DNA from: Paraspadella gotoi
Taxonomy: Eukaryota; Animalia; Chaetognatha
Length of the DNA: 64,000 bases
Assembly (NCBI GenBank): GCA_051294375.1
Contig: CM119267.1
Span: 14,749,694 to 14,813,693, forward strand
Direction: 5' to 3'
Part shown: positions 19,301 through 32,526 of the stretch, piece by piece
How the letters are laid out: every line of letters begins with the position of its first letter
How positions within the stretch are numbered: the stretch's first letter is position 1
The notes under the pieces: generated by a model
Databases searched by the model: none
What the model was told of the DNA's origin: nothing
The model's input: the letters and a program-made list of their open reading frames with translations, nothing else
Translations under genes and position numbers: made by a program

Positions 19301-22300
19301 CGGATGGAGTGGGCGACTTGGAACTCTCCGACCGTCGGTCCCGATCTCGGGTCGTCGTCGTCGGGGGAGATTGAGGTTGGCGAAGGTTCGTGATCCTTCG
19401 ACCCTTCCCGCCTTCCGATGACGCGTCTGTTAAAAAAAAAAACCAAAACGGTAAAATGAAAGGTGAGAGGAAACAAAGGAAGGGAAAAAACGGTCGTCGC
19501 TTAAATTCGATTACGTCGCCTAATTAGTTTAGGACCCTTTCACAAAGAAATTCCTATTCGTGCGAGTGTGTGTTTATGTGAGACTGTCTCTCTGCGGTCT
19601 TTTACTTGATAAATTCTGGTTTCTAGAGGCGGTTGATGTGGCGGTTGAATTGGCGGTAAAATAGTAGACCGGCGGTTCAGATTTCGCTTCCTCGGTGAAG
19701 GAAATGTTGGCGCTTTCAGAAAACCCCGCTCCTACGAGCTTTTCACCCCCGACATCTCTCGCCGAAGATTGATGTCTCATTAATACTTCAGGGTCGACGA
19801 CTTTCGACCAGGTCCAGCTCATGAAAGTTTCTTGGAAATCCTGGTCGACCGCCCAAGACTTGGGTCTAAGCGCCTCTGGTTTGTCGACTCGGTTAGGCGA
19901 TCTCGTTTTGACCGGCGGATCGTTGGAAGGAGGGACATATGGCGAAGGTGTAGCCGCAGTTGGCGCATGAGATGAAGAAAATGTTGTGGCGGCCGGGAGC
20001 TCACGAGGTGGCGCGACCTTTGGTTCGCTAGTTGGCGCACTCAACGGCGTATCAGTTTTGAATGTTGATTTAAAGAACTGCGAATCGTTGGCCGCCCATC
20101 GTGCTCGAATCGCGGCAATGCTTTTTGCGATGTAATCGTCTTTGCTCATCGTCAAGAACGAAGGTTCCTCGGCCTGTTCGGCCCCCGAGTTCTCGATGTT
20201 GCTTGCGGGATATGCAAAACTTTGACTCGTTTCCGATTTGGAGCCGAGCGAACTTGGTTTAGTGCTTTCCTTCGTGTCTCCGATACTGATTGGTGTTGAA
20301 TTCAAGGTTGAAAACGATGACACAACCGAGAATGAAGATCCGGAGTAGTTATTGTTGATTGATGTGGACGGATAAACAGTTTGGTGATGGTCTGTTGTGA
20401 CCGTCGTAGAAGTAGTAGTGTCGGTAAATACAATGTTGTCGCCATTTACCGACCTCGTATGAGAATTACTGGTAATCAAGGATGTCATTACGGCTTCAGG
20501 ATTTGTTGTAGTGAAATTCATTGAATTACTACTATAAATTTTGTCTGATTCTGTTGATGCGGGTGTGACTGCAGGAGTTCGTTCTTCGTTAACTGAATGA
20601 GACTGAGAGTTTAATGATGATGTTGACATGAAAACCCGGTAAAACGGTTGAGTTGTACAACAAGAGGAAACTGGTTGATTTTGATTGTGATCCACTTTGC
20701 TGTTCTTACTCGGAATTTCTGTCGAGATTCCATGATTTTCGATCGAGTGAATTGAATTTGAAATTACAGGTTGAGAATTACATTGATTGGCGGTTTGCGT
20801 TTGAATTGATGACGGTTGACATGTCTTGAGATAATTCTGGGTTTGAGCTGACTGAAGCTGGTTTGTGCTTTGACTAGTGTGAAGATTATCAGTTTGGGGA
20901 TTGTTTGTCTGGAGATAATTCTGTGTTTTACTTGTTTGGAGTATTGTGGCTTGAACAGTCGGGAAAGTGTTTGATGTTTGATTTGATAGGATAGGGTTTA
21001 GGGTTTGAATAGGCTGTATATCACTTGGGGATTGACCTGTCTGAATATAGTTTTTAGATTGACTCGACTGAAGATGCTTTGTGGTTTGACTAGTCGGTAG
21101 ATTGTTTGAAGATGGAGCAGTATAAAAATTGTTAGTGTGTTGATTTGATAGGATAGGTTTTAGGGTTTGAATAGGCTGTATATCACTTGGGGATTGACCT
21201 GTCTGAATATAGTTTTTAGATTGACTCGACTGGAGATGGTTTGTGGTTTGACTAGTCAGTAGATTGTTTGAAGATGGAACAGTATGAAAATTGTCAGTGT
21301 TTTGATTTGATAGGATAGGGTTTTGGGTTTGTATAGGCTGTATATCACTTGGGGATTGACCTGTCTGAATATAGTTTTTAGATTGACTGGACTGGAGATG
21401 GTTTGTGGTTTGATTAGTCAGTAGATTGTTTGAAGATGGAGCAGTATGAAAATTGTTAGTGTTATGATTTGATAGGATAGGGTTTTGGGTTTGATTAGGC
21501 TGAATATCACTTCGGTATTGACCTGTCTGAATATAGTTTTTAGATTGACTCGACTGGAGAAGGTTGGTGGTTTGACTATTTAGCAGATAGTTTGAGTTTT
21601 GATTCATATGGAGATTATTTGTAGTTTGATCTGTTTTGATATAATTAGTGGTTTGATCTGTGTTGATAGCAGTTTGATGGTTTGTGGTTTGTGTCTGAAG
21701 ATGGTTAGTAGTTTGACTCGACGGAAAATGGTTCGTTGTTTGATTAGTCGGGATATAGTTTGTGGTTTGACTCGTCAAAAATTGGTTTGGTAATGTAGTC
21801 GTCGATGGTGACTGCGTCGACGAAAAGCCGGGACTTTTAGAGAACTGTTCATCTTTAATTTCACTTTTCAAAACGACAGGGCTAAACTGTCGCGCTTTTG
21901 GCGGACTGTAATTCGGTTCCCTGTTGATTCTCTTCAACAAATCGTCCTCTCTGGAATCGCCGATTTTGCTGAGTCGGGTCCTCTCCAACGCGTTTCCTTC
22001 CTTGTCGAAAGAAAGATCGGATAGACTGTCCATGGAGGCGTACTTGCCGAGCTTGCCGCCCATGCTCCCGAAACCCTCCTTGCCGCCTCTGCCGCCGTTC
22101 ATCTCTTCGAATCCGGGCGAGGGTTTCGCAGTGGGCGAGAGGAAGATCCGCGTCTTCGCAATGTACTCTCGCACTTTGTCTTCCTCGGGTTCCGGCGACC
22201 GGAGACGCCGCCGGAAAAAGTTTTCAGCCGTCGACGCATATTCGTCGTTGACGTTCTCCAGGCGTTTTTGGCGACGCCACGACAACTGGCGGTAGAAACC

Positions 22301-22306
22301 GAACAT
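16365..22306 (-). CDS. Large intrinsically disordered protein of unknown function: 900-codon N/Q/T/S-rich exon plus Pro/Ser-rich and charged 3' exons
   Basis: Exon 22306-19606 has a phase-1 donor that fits exon 19426-18978. Further exons lie at about 18760-18688, 17288-16984 and 16577-16365. One internal junction phase is not resolved. Confidence 0.55.
18145..18207. repeat. Degenerate (CCCTAA)n-like tract
   Basis: ccctaaccacccctaactctaaccacccctattccctaacc. Confidence 0.5.
20960..21790 (-). repeat. Coding tandem repeat: four 162-bp (54-aa) units built from a 9-aa monomer
   Basis: GATTTGATAGGATAGG recurs at 20980, 21142, 21304 and 21466, a spacing of 162. Confidence 0.9.
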
Positions 22307-24647
22307 CGTCGCTTGGAATCTACCTCTTTTTCGATTTTTCTTTTTCTGTCGAATTCATAACGTTGGGCGTTTGATTATACATTTAACGAACATTCCCGTC
22401 TTTTGTCTCGACAAAATATTTTTCTCGACGAATTTAACGCCAGTCGATTTTCGAAAAAACTGGAGAATCAACTTTTCTGGGCCCAGTGTCCAAAAAAAGG
22501 TGGATACTCGACGTCTTCTCGAAGCTACGCCAACCGGTTTTCGAGGGAAATTTGAAAGTGGAATCAATTTGTGACCGGAATATTCGACGACCGACAACGA
22601 ACGACCTGGTTACGGAGTCAAATTTTCTGGAAACGACTTACATTTTACAACCCCGAGAATGATCATAGATAATATGGTCTTGCATGCAAATTACATATCC
22701 ATAAATACAATAGCGAATTTCTTGCCTTCTTCGTTTTGGTATGTTCCGCTTGTTTTTGTGTATGTCCGCTTCATTTTCAATTGTGACAATTTAAAAAAGA
22801 AGCTGCAGTTAATTTTTGAAATTAAGGTTCGCTAACCGGTTTGAATCGTCGGACTCTCTTCCTTTTTCAAACTCGGACCGTTAAATTCCTTGGCGACTAC
22901 GCATATGAAATTAATGAAAAAGATAGAAAGATAGTAGAAAGGTAAGGAAGAAAAAAAAGAGAGACTGAAAGAGGTAAATGAGAAAAAAAAAATCAAGGGA
23001 GTGTTCTGAATGATATCATACGGAGGATTCGATCAGCTGAGGTTATTTATCTTATTCAGTTTTTGATTAGATATATTTTTTCACTATAAGTTGGGGAAAA
23101 TAATCAATACAGAGGGGGTCTTGGTTGATTTCATTATGGCTTCATTATAGAAGAAAAGCGAAAATGAGGTCGTAAAGACGTAATTCCTTTTTGAGTTGTA
23201 ATTGACTGATAGGAGGCGGATACGTTAAAAATTAGAGATGAAGTTTGTATGAGAAAAAAACAGAAAAAACTATTTAAAACTGAAACGTTAGTTTTACGTT
23301 TTTTGTTGAAAAATATTTTAGGAATCAGAAATAACTATTTTTCCTTGTTATTTAAAACAATCCAATCAGTCCCATTTCATTAGGTAAAGCAAAAGTAAAG
23401 ATGAATTATAACTTAAAAATTAAAGAACCTACTCGAACATTTTTGGTTTTGCCGCATTTTATTGGGATTTTTTTCGAGGAATGGCCGAGGATTTTTACTG
23501 CCTTCATGCATAGCATGCAATGAGGCTTTAATTTCCGTTTTTTGTTCAGTGAGAAAGTATTTGCAATCAGTCTGCTCGCCTACCCGTCCATGATTAGGAG
23601 CTCGTCAGTCTAACATATTATTTTGAAAAAATCATGCCGTTAATTAAAGAATCCGCGAGCCCAAGTAATAGTTTTAATTTTTTTAATTTAATTAATTAAT
23701 TAATTAATTTAATTTTTTAATTTTGAGACTGTACGTTCAAGAATATAATTGACCAAATGACCACCAATTAATATAAGAGGGATGAAGGCATCACCTCACC
23801 ATAGCCAGTCCAAACTTAGGGTCAAGATAGCTTGTTTATAGAATGAATGAAGTAATACTTTTATATTGGCTGTACTAATTTCAAAAGCACAAGAAGTTTC
23901 AAAGAAAGATAGAAGGGAAGAGCTCATTTTAAAAATTTATCATTAATTTATTTTCCATTATGTGCGAAATAAAATTAATATAAAAATATATTTTTTTGGT
24001 TCATTCATCTATTCATCAGTTATTCATCTCTTTCCTTTGACCATTCAGAAAAATTAAACTTTTTAATTCCCCATTTCTATTCTGTACGTTTCTAAGCGAC
24101 TTCATAAAAATAGATTGGCCGTTTTAGTTCAAAGTTGCTACCAAAGAACGTAAAACCATTAAAAGGAACACGAAAAAATTCTAAAATTCAACTAAAAAAA
24201 ATATAATAAAATGCAAAAATTAATTACTCGGCATAATTTTCATAAGAATATAATATAATATACTCAAACAACAACTAAAAGTTAAGCAGAAAAGGTTAAG
24301 TAGTCGTAGGCTATAAAGGAAATGAAAAACTTTTGGAAGAAAAACCAAAACAGCTATAATGTAATATATTGCCCTAAGAGCAAAATGAGGGCAGAAAAGT
24401 TCATAACTAATGAGGATAAATGAAAAAAACAGGGTAAGGCGAAAAAAAAGGCGAACCAAAAAAAACTACAGATTTCAGATGGCAAACTAAGATAATTAAA
24501 TATAATATGACAAATAAACAAAGACAACATGATATTATTTAAGTTTTAAATTTACGTGCAGTGTGTGTTTTAAAACCTCGGAATCACAAGAAAATAAGTG
24601 AGTTGATAGATTAGTAATGAATTCCTAATTCGGTTTTTTTTTTCAAT

Positions 24648-26681
24648 TCAAGATGCGAAGATCGCCTGACTTACCGACAGGCCACCTTTTTTTTTATCTT
24701 CGTGGGGAAAAGTGATTCTATTTTTAGAATCGTTAGAGGCGAATTTACCTTTGTCCTTTTGTTGATTGTTTCCGGTTTCGTTGGTTGGCTGATTCGTCTT
24801 CGTCGCCCCGAATGAGAAAGAACGATTAAGTTGCGGCTGTGGTTGTTGTTGTTGATGCTGCTGCGGTGGAGACGATGGAGTCGGTGGTGCTCCTCCTCGA
24901 AATTGAGGAGAAGCAGGAGTTTGCTGCGGATTCGTTTGACCCTGAAAATGCTGCGCTCCATGTTGTTGATAAACTGGTTGTTGGAGCGGTTGCTGTGGAG
25001 TTGTCGTCTGCTGCTGATGCGGTGTTCGTTGCTGCTGCTGCTGTTTTAAGATATGTTGTCGGTCTTGGTCGGATTGCTCGTTCCCAGGCAAACTCGATGT
25101 AGAGCCCTGGCGATTCCTCGACGAGTCTGCCAAGCTGATGTTTTTCGGGACGGGCGTGACGCCGGTCCTCGTTTGACGCGGCGCCACGCGACTCTGATGA
25201 ATGTTTATCGTTTCGTAGACTTTGTGTCGCGTCGCCCCAACATCGGCGCCACCGGTGTTGGGTTTCGTCGTTTGGGGCGGAGATTTAGGAGCCTGTTGCT
25301 GAGTTTGAGCGTGTTGTTGTTGTTGTTGAGCATTTTGAGGCGGCAGCTGAGTTTGCCACTGGTGTACCGGTGGTGAGGTTGGTTCCAGCCGCACCGGCTG
25401 CGGCCGGATCGGCTGAGGAAATGGTTGCTGCTGCTGGGCGGAATGCGATGACTGAGGATGCGTTTGTGATACGTTTGGTTGCTGTGGTTGAGGCGATTGT
25501 GCTTGAGGTACATTGGATGAGTTCTGCAATGGAGACTGGGATGACGCTGCAAATGTTTGAGATGGTGAAATTGGCGGTGACTGTGGATGGGACCTTTGAG
25601 GTTGTGATACGTGGATTGGTTGCTGTTGAGAAAATTGCGAATGTGAGCGGGAAAGCGTCGGTGGCTGGGATGTCTGGAGTTGCGGTGAGCGTGGTGATTG
25701 TGGTGACTGTGGCTGCAGCTGTTGCGGCTGTGAGAAGTGGGTCGATTGCGGTTGTGGTGTGGGCTGATGCAGGAATGTTGTGGATGTTTGTGTCTGCGAT
25801 TTGGTCGATTGTGGCAGTGAGAAGTTGGATGATTGCGGTTGTGATGTGTGAGAAGGCTGCTGCTGAAATGTTGCGGAAGTTTGTGGTTGTGAAGTTTGCG
25901 GTGTCTGTGGTGATTGTGGCTGTGAGAAGTGGGTCGATTGTGGCTGTGGTGTGTGAGAAGGCTGTTGCTGAAATGTTGTGGATGTTTGTGGTTGTGAAGT
26001 TTGCGGTGTCTGTGATGATTGTGGCTGTGAGAAGTGGGTTGATTGTGGCTGTGGTGTGTGAGAGGGCTGTTGTTGAAATGTTGTGGATGTTTGTGGTTGT
26101 GAGGTTTGCGGTGTCTGCGGTTGGGTCGATTGTGGCAGTGAGAAGTTGGATGATTGCGGTTGTGATGTGTTAGAGGGCTGCTGCTGAAATGTTGCGGACG
26201 TTTGTGATAGTGAAGTTTGCGGTGTCTGTGGCTGGGGCGATTGAGGTTGGCTTGACTGTTGCTGCGATGTGGTTGGTGACTGTGGCCGAGTTGTCTGCTG
26301 CGACTGAGGCTGTTGTGGAGGCGCTGCTTCCGGTTGTGACAAGAGCGGTGGTTGTGGCTTCGCCGTTCTGGGATGTAACGTGAAAGTCGTCGTCTTGGCA
26401 ACGGGAGTGACGCCCGTGCGCGTAGCCCTTGGCGCCACCCGACTTTTGTACGGTTCAGTCAAACCCAGAGATCGCGTATACAGCGAAATCGGCGGGCGGG
26501 ACTTGGCGGCGGAACTGGCGGCACCCGAGCCCCACTTGGGCACGTTGGTGGAGGCGGCGCTCGTGAAGGGAGAATTGAAGAATTTGAAGCGAGACTCGGT
26601 GCCGGAGTTGTTGTCCCGTCGGTACTTGTCGCGCCAGGACAAGTCGGCCGACGAGCGTGAGAATCCCTTGTTGAAGAACAT
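24648..26681 (-). CDS. 677-codon Gln/Ser/Pro-rich exon/ORF, probably an alternative 5' exon of the downstream - strand gene
   Basis: A long ORF starting MFFNKGFSR ends at a strong GTAAGT donor near 24674 and contains 35-aa repeats. Confidence 0.6.
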   Translation of the reverse strand: MFFNKGFSRSSADLSWRDKYRRDNNSGTESRFKFFNSPFTSAASTNVPKWGSGAASSAAKSRPPISLYTRSLGLTEPYKSRVAPRATRTGVTPVAKTTTFTLHPRTAKPQPPLLSQPEAAPPQQPQSQQTTRPQSPTTSQQQSSQPQSPQPQTPQTSLSQTSATFQQQPSNTSQPQSSNFSLPQSTQPQTPQTSQPQTSTTFQQQPSHTPQPQSTHFSQPQSSQTPQTSQPQTSTTFQQQPSHTPQPQSTHFSQPQSPQTPQTSQPQTSATFQQQPSHTSQPQSSNFSLPQSTKSQTQTSTTFLHQPTPQPQSTHFSQPQQLQPQSPQSPRSPQLQTSQPPTLSRSHSQFSQQQPIHVSQPQRSHPQSPPISPSQTFAASSQSPLQNSSNVPQAQSPQPQQPNVSQTHPQSSHSAQQQQPFPQPIRPQPVRLEPTSPPVHQWQTQLPPQNAQQQQQHAQTQQQAPKSPPQTTKPNTGGADVGATRHKVYETINIHQSRVAPRQTRTGVTPVPKNISLADSSRNRQGSTSSLPGNEQSDQDRQHILKQQQQQRTPHQQQTTTPQQPLQQPVYQQHGAQHFQGQTNPQQTPASPQFRGGAPPTPSSPPQQHQQQQPQPQLNRSFSFGATKTNQPTNETGNNQQKDKGKFASNDSKNRITFPHEDKKKGGLSVSQAIFAS
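25740..26240 (-). repeat. Coding tandem repeat of 105 bp (35 aa, PQTSQPQTSTTFQQQPSHTPQPQSTHFSQPQSSQT)
   Basis: GTTTGCGGTGTCTG recurs at 25894, 25999, 26104 and 26215. Confidence 0.85.
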
Positions 26682-29600
26682 CGTCCCAGTGATGAAAGAA
26701 TCTTCGAAGTTCTTTTTTCCCTGGCTTTTTTATCTATCTTTTTTTTTTGTTTTCTGATTCAACCGCCGCTCGCTATATATCGTGCGTACACAAAAGGGAG
26801 TGTATCTTCTTTGTCAGGCGGCGAGAGAAAGAAAAAAATTTTCGCTTTTTATTTCGTGAGTCATTTATTAACGGAAAAACGAGAGAATTAAAAAAAAAGC
26901 CACGCACCGTTCGCTGTTTAAGCTTTTGTTGTGATATACGACCAGTTAGTATTCATTGTGTCTTTTTTTTCTGTGAAAAATAACAAAGTTAACGATCCGA
27001 ACTACGATCAAATATTTTTTTTTCATTTTGGGAACGAAATGAAAGAGTGGATTTTAACTGAGATCGGTTTCAATCTTGGCAGAATATGACGAAAGCGAAT
27101 CACACCCTTGAGGGATTTTGTCGTCTGCCACGCCAGTTCACGTATTGACACGAATTAAGTCGATTAGGTCAAAATTCGAAACAGATTGGGGTGAAACCGT
27201 TTGTAATATTTTTTTTTAATCTTTCTCTCAGTGCCAGAGTGTTCACCCGCCCGGCCGTTACACCTTGAAGAATTTGTACACTCTGCACTTTGTTCCAAAA
27301 ATCGAACCACGGCAGTTATTCGATTTATTATCACAAGTGAAAAAAAAAAGAAGGGAATTAAAAAGAGAAAGAATCGCCGAGCCGCGCTTGTGAAATTCTA
27401 CGCGGCCTTATTGATTTACCAAAACAAAAAGGCGAGAAGGGAACGAGAAAAAAGGGGAAAAAAATAACAGTGAGTTTACACTTTAAACCCTGGGCGCTTC
27501 GCGGTGGCTGAATTGGTCGGAACGCGAAGTTTCTGCAACAATCTCCTCTCTCTCTCTCTCGCTCCACACTGGAAGACAAGAAGAGTAAAACAGGTAGCGA
27601 GAGAGCGAGAGCGAGACTTTTAGTCACCCGAAAGACATGATAAAACCGATCGCGACGCTCCCTCCCGTTTCGATTTCTGCTCGTGGGGGACGATGGTAAA
27701 ATTTATATTTTCCCAAATTCTGGTCATACAACTTTTTCCCTTGAATTTTTCGGCTTTTCGTTTCTCCGCGGCGACGACGGCCTCGACGACGATCACGACG
27801 ACGACGACAAAAAGTTTAACGACGAATTCGCTCATCAACCCCAAAAATTTGTTTAAGTTGAGGAAGAAAGAGGGGGACACGGAGAGACGGAGAGAGAGAG
27901 AGAGAGAGAAAAAGAGACGGGATTCAAGAAAAAAATATGAACAATGAACTTGGGGGGGGGGAGAGAGAGAGAGAGAAGAACCAAGCGCTCGGAATTAAAA
28001 AAAAAAAAAGTCGTTCCGACTGTTGATCCTCACCTCGGAGAGAGAAATCCCGTTCGAGCAGAGGCTCTTCGATTGGAACCGACGCAGTCACCACCCGATC
28101 CTTCGATTCCAAATTGGAAAATTTTATGTACGATAAAAATGAGAAGAAAAGAAATAGGAGAGCGATAAACATGTTGAGCCCTCCTTTCACCGAAGGAGAC
28201 GAAGGTGAAACGAAAGAAAAAAGAGGGAAACAGTTTTTTATTTCAATTTTTTTTTTTTTTTTTAATGTTTGAAATTCAACCGTGAGTCGAAGACAACGGT
28301 TTCGAACCAACGGACATTTCCAGAAAAGAGAAGCCGGCCCACCTTTTTTTTTTTTTCATCCTTTACACATTTTCACCGGGCGCCGATTAAGAAAGAAAAA
28401 ACAATCGTAGCGAAAGAGAATAAGAAAGTATGAAAACCGTTTCGACCCGAGACACGACCGTTAGGGTTCATTAGATGAAGCATTCCTCTGTTTTTTGTTA
28501 TTCTTTGGATTAAAAAACAAGGAAATTCGTTCTTTGTTTCGTCGATGACACAAAACGAGGGGGCAATTGTTCCCGAGTCCGCCGTCCGCTAATTGCGCGG
28601 CGAATCACAGCGCACCTCGACGTCGTTTTCAACGGAGACGCAAAGCTTGAACTTTTTTAATCCGGTTTTATGGTCGCTCACTCTCTCGTGGAGAAAGAAA
28701 AGGGTGAAAACTATTCGCATTTTTATCAATTTGGCCGTAATTGCTTGGCAGGAAAAAAAAATATTCTTTCTCGTCTGCTCTCAGAGTTTAAAAATGATAA
28801 ATAAGTAAGACGAAAAAACTAAGCAAATCGAAGAAAAAGCACGGGTACACGGTACAGGGTATCTTTCCACGATCAATTTTATTAGAATCCTTGATCGTGT
28901 CCTTCAGCAATCAGCATTTATTTGTTTTAAGCTTTTAGTTTATTTCTTTCTGATTGCTTGAAAGAAAAAATATGTATAATTATATTAATTAATTACAACA
29001 AAAACGGCCTTTTGCTAAATTATCACAAACTAAAAATAATCACAAAATTCAATTTTTTGTCTCAAACTAATCATCATTCGTGTAAATTATATAATAATTT
29101 AATTATAAAATATACTTTATATTTTAGTGATGTTTGTTCACTTTTTATTTTTATTATAAGGGAAAAAAAATTATGAATGAGAAAAAATTCTTTTAACCAT
29201 TGAATTCTATAACATTACATTTTAAGAATGCAAATAGCGGTAGCCGACCAAATTCAAATTTTAATGGGAACAGCATTAAACTAATCCATTATTGGTATTA
29301 ATTATTGTGTTAAAATATTTTTTTGCAAAAATGTTTCGAACCATGAGTAAAATTATTAATTATATTATTATTATTATTATTATTATATATAATATTAAAA
29401 ATTATTTTTAATTGATTCTGATAGAGCTAAAAAAGTTAAGCAAAAAATTGTAATTTCAATTAATAATTATACTTTGTTCATACAACTTTTCATAAGCTAT
29501 CTGAATCTGCTTTTAAAAATTAAAAATTAAAAAAGAAATTTTTATATTTTTTATTTATAAATAAATATTAAAAAATTAATTACAATAATTATTATTATTA

Positions 29601-32526
29601 TTAATTGAAAGTTTTCTCAGAAATATATGAAGTTTCATTTGGGAAGGTTCCTAAATCAAACTTCTGACCCACCCCATTGACAAAGATTGGCCCTAATGTA
29701 AATATGCATTAAGGCGTAGTGAAAATTGCAGATCAAAATTCGAATAGTTGTTCATGAACAGTCTTGTACTAAAGAACATTGATATATAAATATTAATTTA
29801 TCAATTTTCGCATACGCCCATATTTATACAGTATACTTACCTTAGAAAATGTCAAAATTGAAAAATAGTTTTTTTTTAATTTTGAAAGCAGATTTCTTTA
29901 ATTTAAAAATGTTCACAGGAATGTTAATGATCTACTATTAGAATTTTGATTCTACTTGATTTTAAGATTTTTTCTACGCTTTAATATGCATTTAGTATGC
30001 AAATATCTTATTACTGTTTGTTACTTTTTAAAAAATATTTATATTATAGAATTTGTTTATTTTGTTATTATTTTTTTCGGCATGTACATTGTACAGCAAC
30101 ATAAGGTTATTAGCAAAAATAATTTATTGTTTTCATATTTGTTTTATATTAAATAAAAATAACAATAACAATTATTTTTCTTAGAAAATTTTAAAGAATA
30201 CACCTAATTCTCTAGCATAGGGTCTGAATTACCATGTATCTGGGTGTTTTAAAACTATAATTATTCTTCTCAATATATTTTCTCTTGTCTTAAAAACCAA
30301 TACTTAAAAAGTAAACGTGACAAATAAAAAAAAAATACCAAACAAAAACTTCGTTATCCCTCTCCCTGGCACATTTTAAAATTTTCATTACTTTGAACTT
30401 TTAATTCACTAAACCATAATTGAAAAGTGAAATTGCAAGTTAGAAAAAAAAGAAAATTGCTCTGTTAAAAACGAAAATTCTAGATTTAAATTAATCATTC
30501 CGGACGTGATTCAGTTTAGCTAAATAATTTAATTTTAATGCTTTCACTTGTAGCAATACATTTTGTGCTTTAAGTTCATTTCTCAACTAAAAAAATTTAT
30601 ATAAAAAAAGCGGTTGACCGATGAACGTTGTAGTTAGTAATGCCTGATAAGAAACGAAAAAAATGCTGGTGATTTTTATTCAGACGAGACAAAAGAAAAT
30701 GAAGTTTATTCATGCGGTCTGCAAATCAATGATTAGAATCTTCGCTTAAATACGCATGTATAAGATAGAGAATGGTTGAACAGCAATTGTTGAATTATGT
30801 CCGAAGAAAATAAACAGTTTTCATAATTTTTTTTATTTTTGAGGAAGGTATTCGAAAGCAGGAGTTGACAACTAAAATGGCTGGTGTCTATTTTAACTAG
30901 AATTGGGAAGAAGAGCTTCGATCTCAGAGTTCATCCTTAAACAAATTCAAAAATCTGCGATTGACAACGAACCAAGTTATGTCTAAAAATAAGAAATAAA
31001 TAAATGAAAGCAAACAGATTTGATGTTATGACAGAAAATAACGTTTTTTGTCATGTTAATCATTGATAATCGGATATTAGATAGCCATTTCTGGACAAGT
31101 TGAAATGTCTGGTCGTGGGAGTTTTTAAGCTTCTTAAGATTTGCAGAATTAAGGGGATATCGCTCCCCCGGTAATCGATATAATTCTAGGCTTTAAATAC
31201 GAAAAGGGTCATTCAAACGATGTTTATTAGTCCGGGCAGCTACTGATTGATCCCTGTTTGTATATTTCTCGGTCGAGAAATAAAATTTTAGTTTGTATTA
31301 GTTTTTATCATCTTGAAAATGATAACCATTATCGCGATCGAGAAAACGAGAATTTGTGTCATTTTGATATTATATTTATAGATATGTTTTATTACATTTT
31401 ACTCCTCACATCATGGTGACTTGGATGTGATTTCAAAGCATCTTCAACTTCTTTCTCGCAATTAGCGAAGAGCGGTTTCGGTTTTAAGAGTCACAATTTT
31501 CTATATTCAAAAATATTTTTTATATCGGTTTCTTTTTCGTTCAACACTTTCCAATATTTAGTCACTTCCCAAATCCTCAAGTCAACTGTGGTGAACTGAG
31601 TGCGCAGACGACTAAAAAAAAGGAAAGGCTCTCAGAAAACCAATAATGTCTCTGAACGATCGAGCAAACTTTTCAGCAGTCAGGGAATAGGTGGAAGTTT
31701 GAACTAGGGCCAAAAATAGATAGGGTTAATCTTATTATCAAAAAAAATTGCCTGGATTGAAGAACAATACAGATTCGAACGGAAGAAAAAGGTTCTTTGG
31801 TCCATTATAAATTAAGTATTAGGTTAAAACGACCGATTTGTTAAAGTGAGAATTAGTAGATTTGAACGCTAAACAAACACCATGTCAGTTACCTGATTTC
31901 ATGACTCCGTCCCAGATCTTTTCCTAAGTTTTCTCGCCATCGCCGAATATCCGAAAGTACGTTATGAAGTTTATGTAATCGGTAATCAATTTTTAAGAGA
32001 TTAAGACGAAAATATTGATTTTTGTAGCTCGATGAAAGTGTGAATTTTAAACGACGAATATTCGAACTAAAAACAAAACATCAACTCAGCGGTTGGCATT
32101 TCCTTTTCCGAGTTCGACAAAGACTCCCCGTCAGTTCTAACCATGAAGGAAAGAAAGATAGAACTGGCGGCGGTTCCGCTCCGTCAACGCTTACCGGTTT
32201 TAATTTCCGGAGAGTGGAAATGAGAAAGATCATAGCGAGAGAGAGAGAGAGATAGAAGGAAAGAAATAGTAGGAGAAAACAAAAGCGCATCGCCATCGAA
32301 CTCCCGAGGAGTTTTTGAATCACCTTTCCCACGGCGCGTTCCCTACCGCCATCGACGATGAAGTTGTTCATTATAGAATCAATCATCTCCCACTTGCGAA
32401 GCGCTTGACGTATAAAGTCTCTCGAAGTCGCGTCAGTACCACTTCGTTAGAGCTTCGTCGCGGTTAGCGTTCAATCAACGTTACGATTCGAGTAAAAAAA
32501 AAAAAAAAAAGACGATCGGTATCGAC

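Noticed and set aside
18868-19476. 202-aa Arg-rich ORF as the coding frame of this exon
   Set aside because: The upstream phase-1 donor at 19605 selects the alternative Pro/Ser-rich frame. This is not fully excluded without cDNA.
25205-26401. His/Asn-rich 398-aa and Val-rich 267-aa overlapping ORFs
   Set aside because: They are alternative-frame and antisense shadows of the Gln/Ser/Pro repeat exon.
28900-31800. Long AT-rich stretch with short ORFs
   Set aside because: It has no recognisable coding, RNA or repeat structure, so I treated it as intronic or intergenic.
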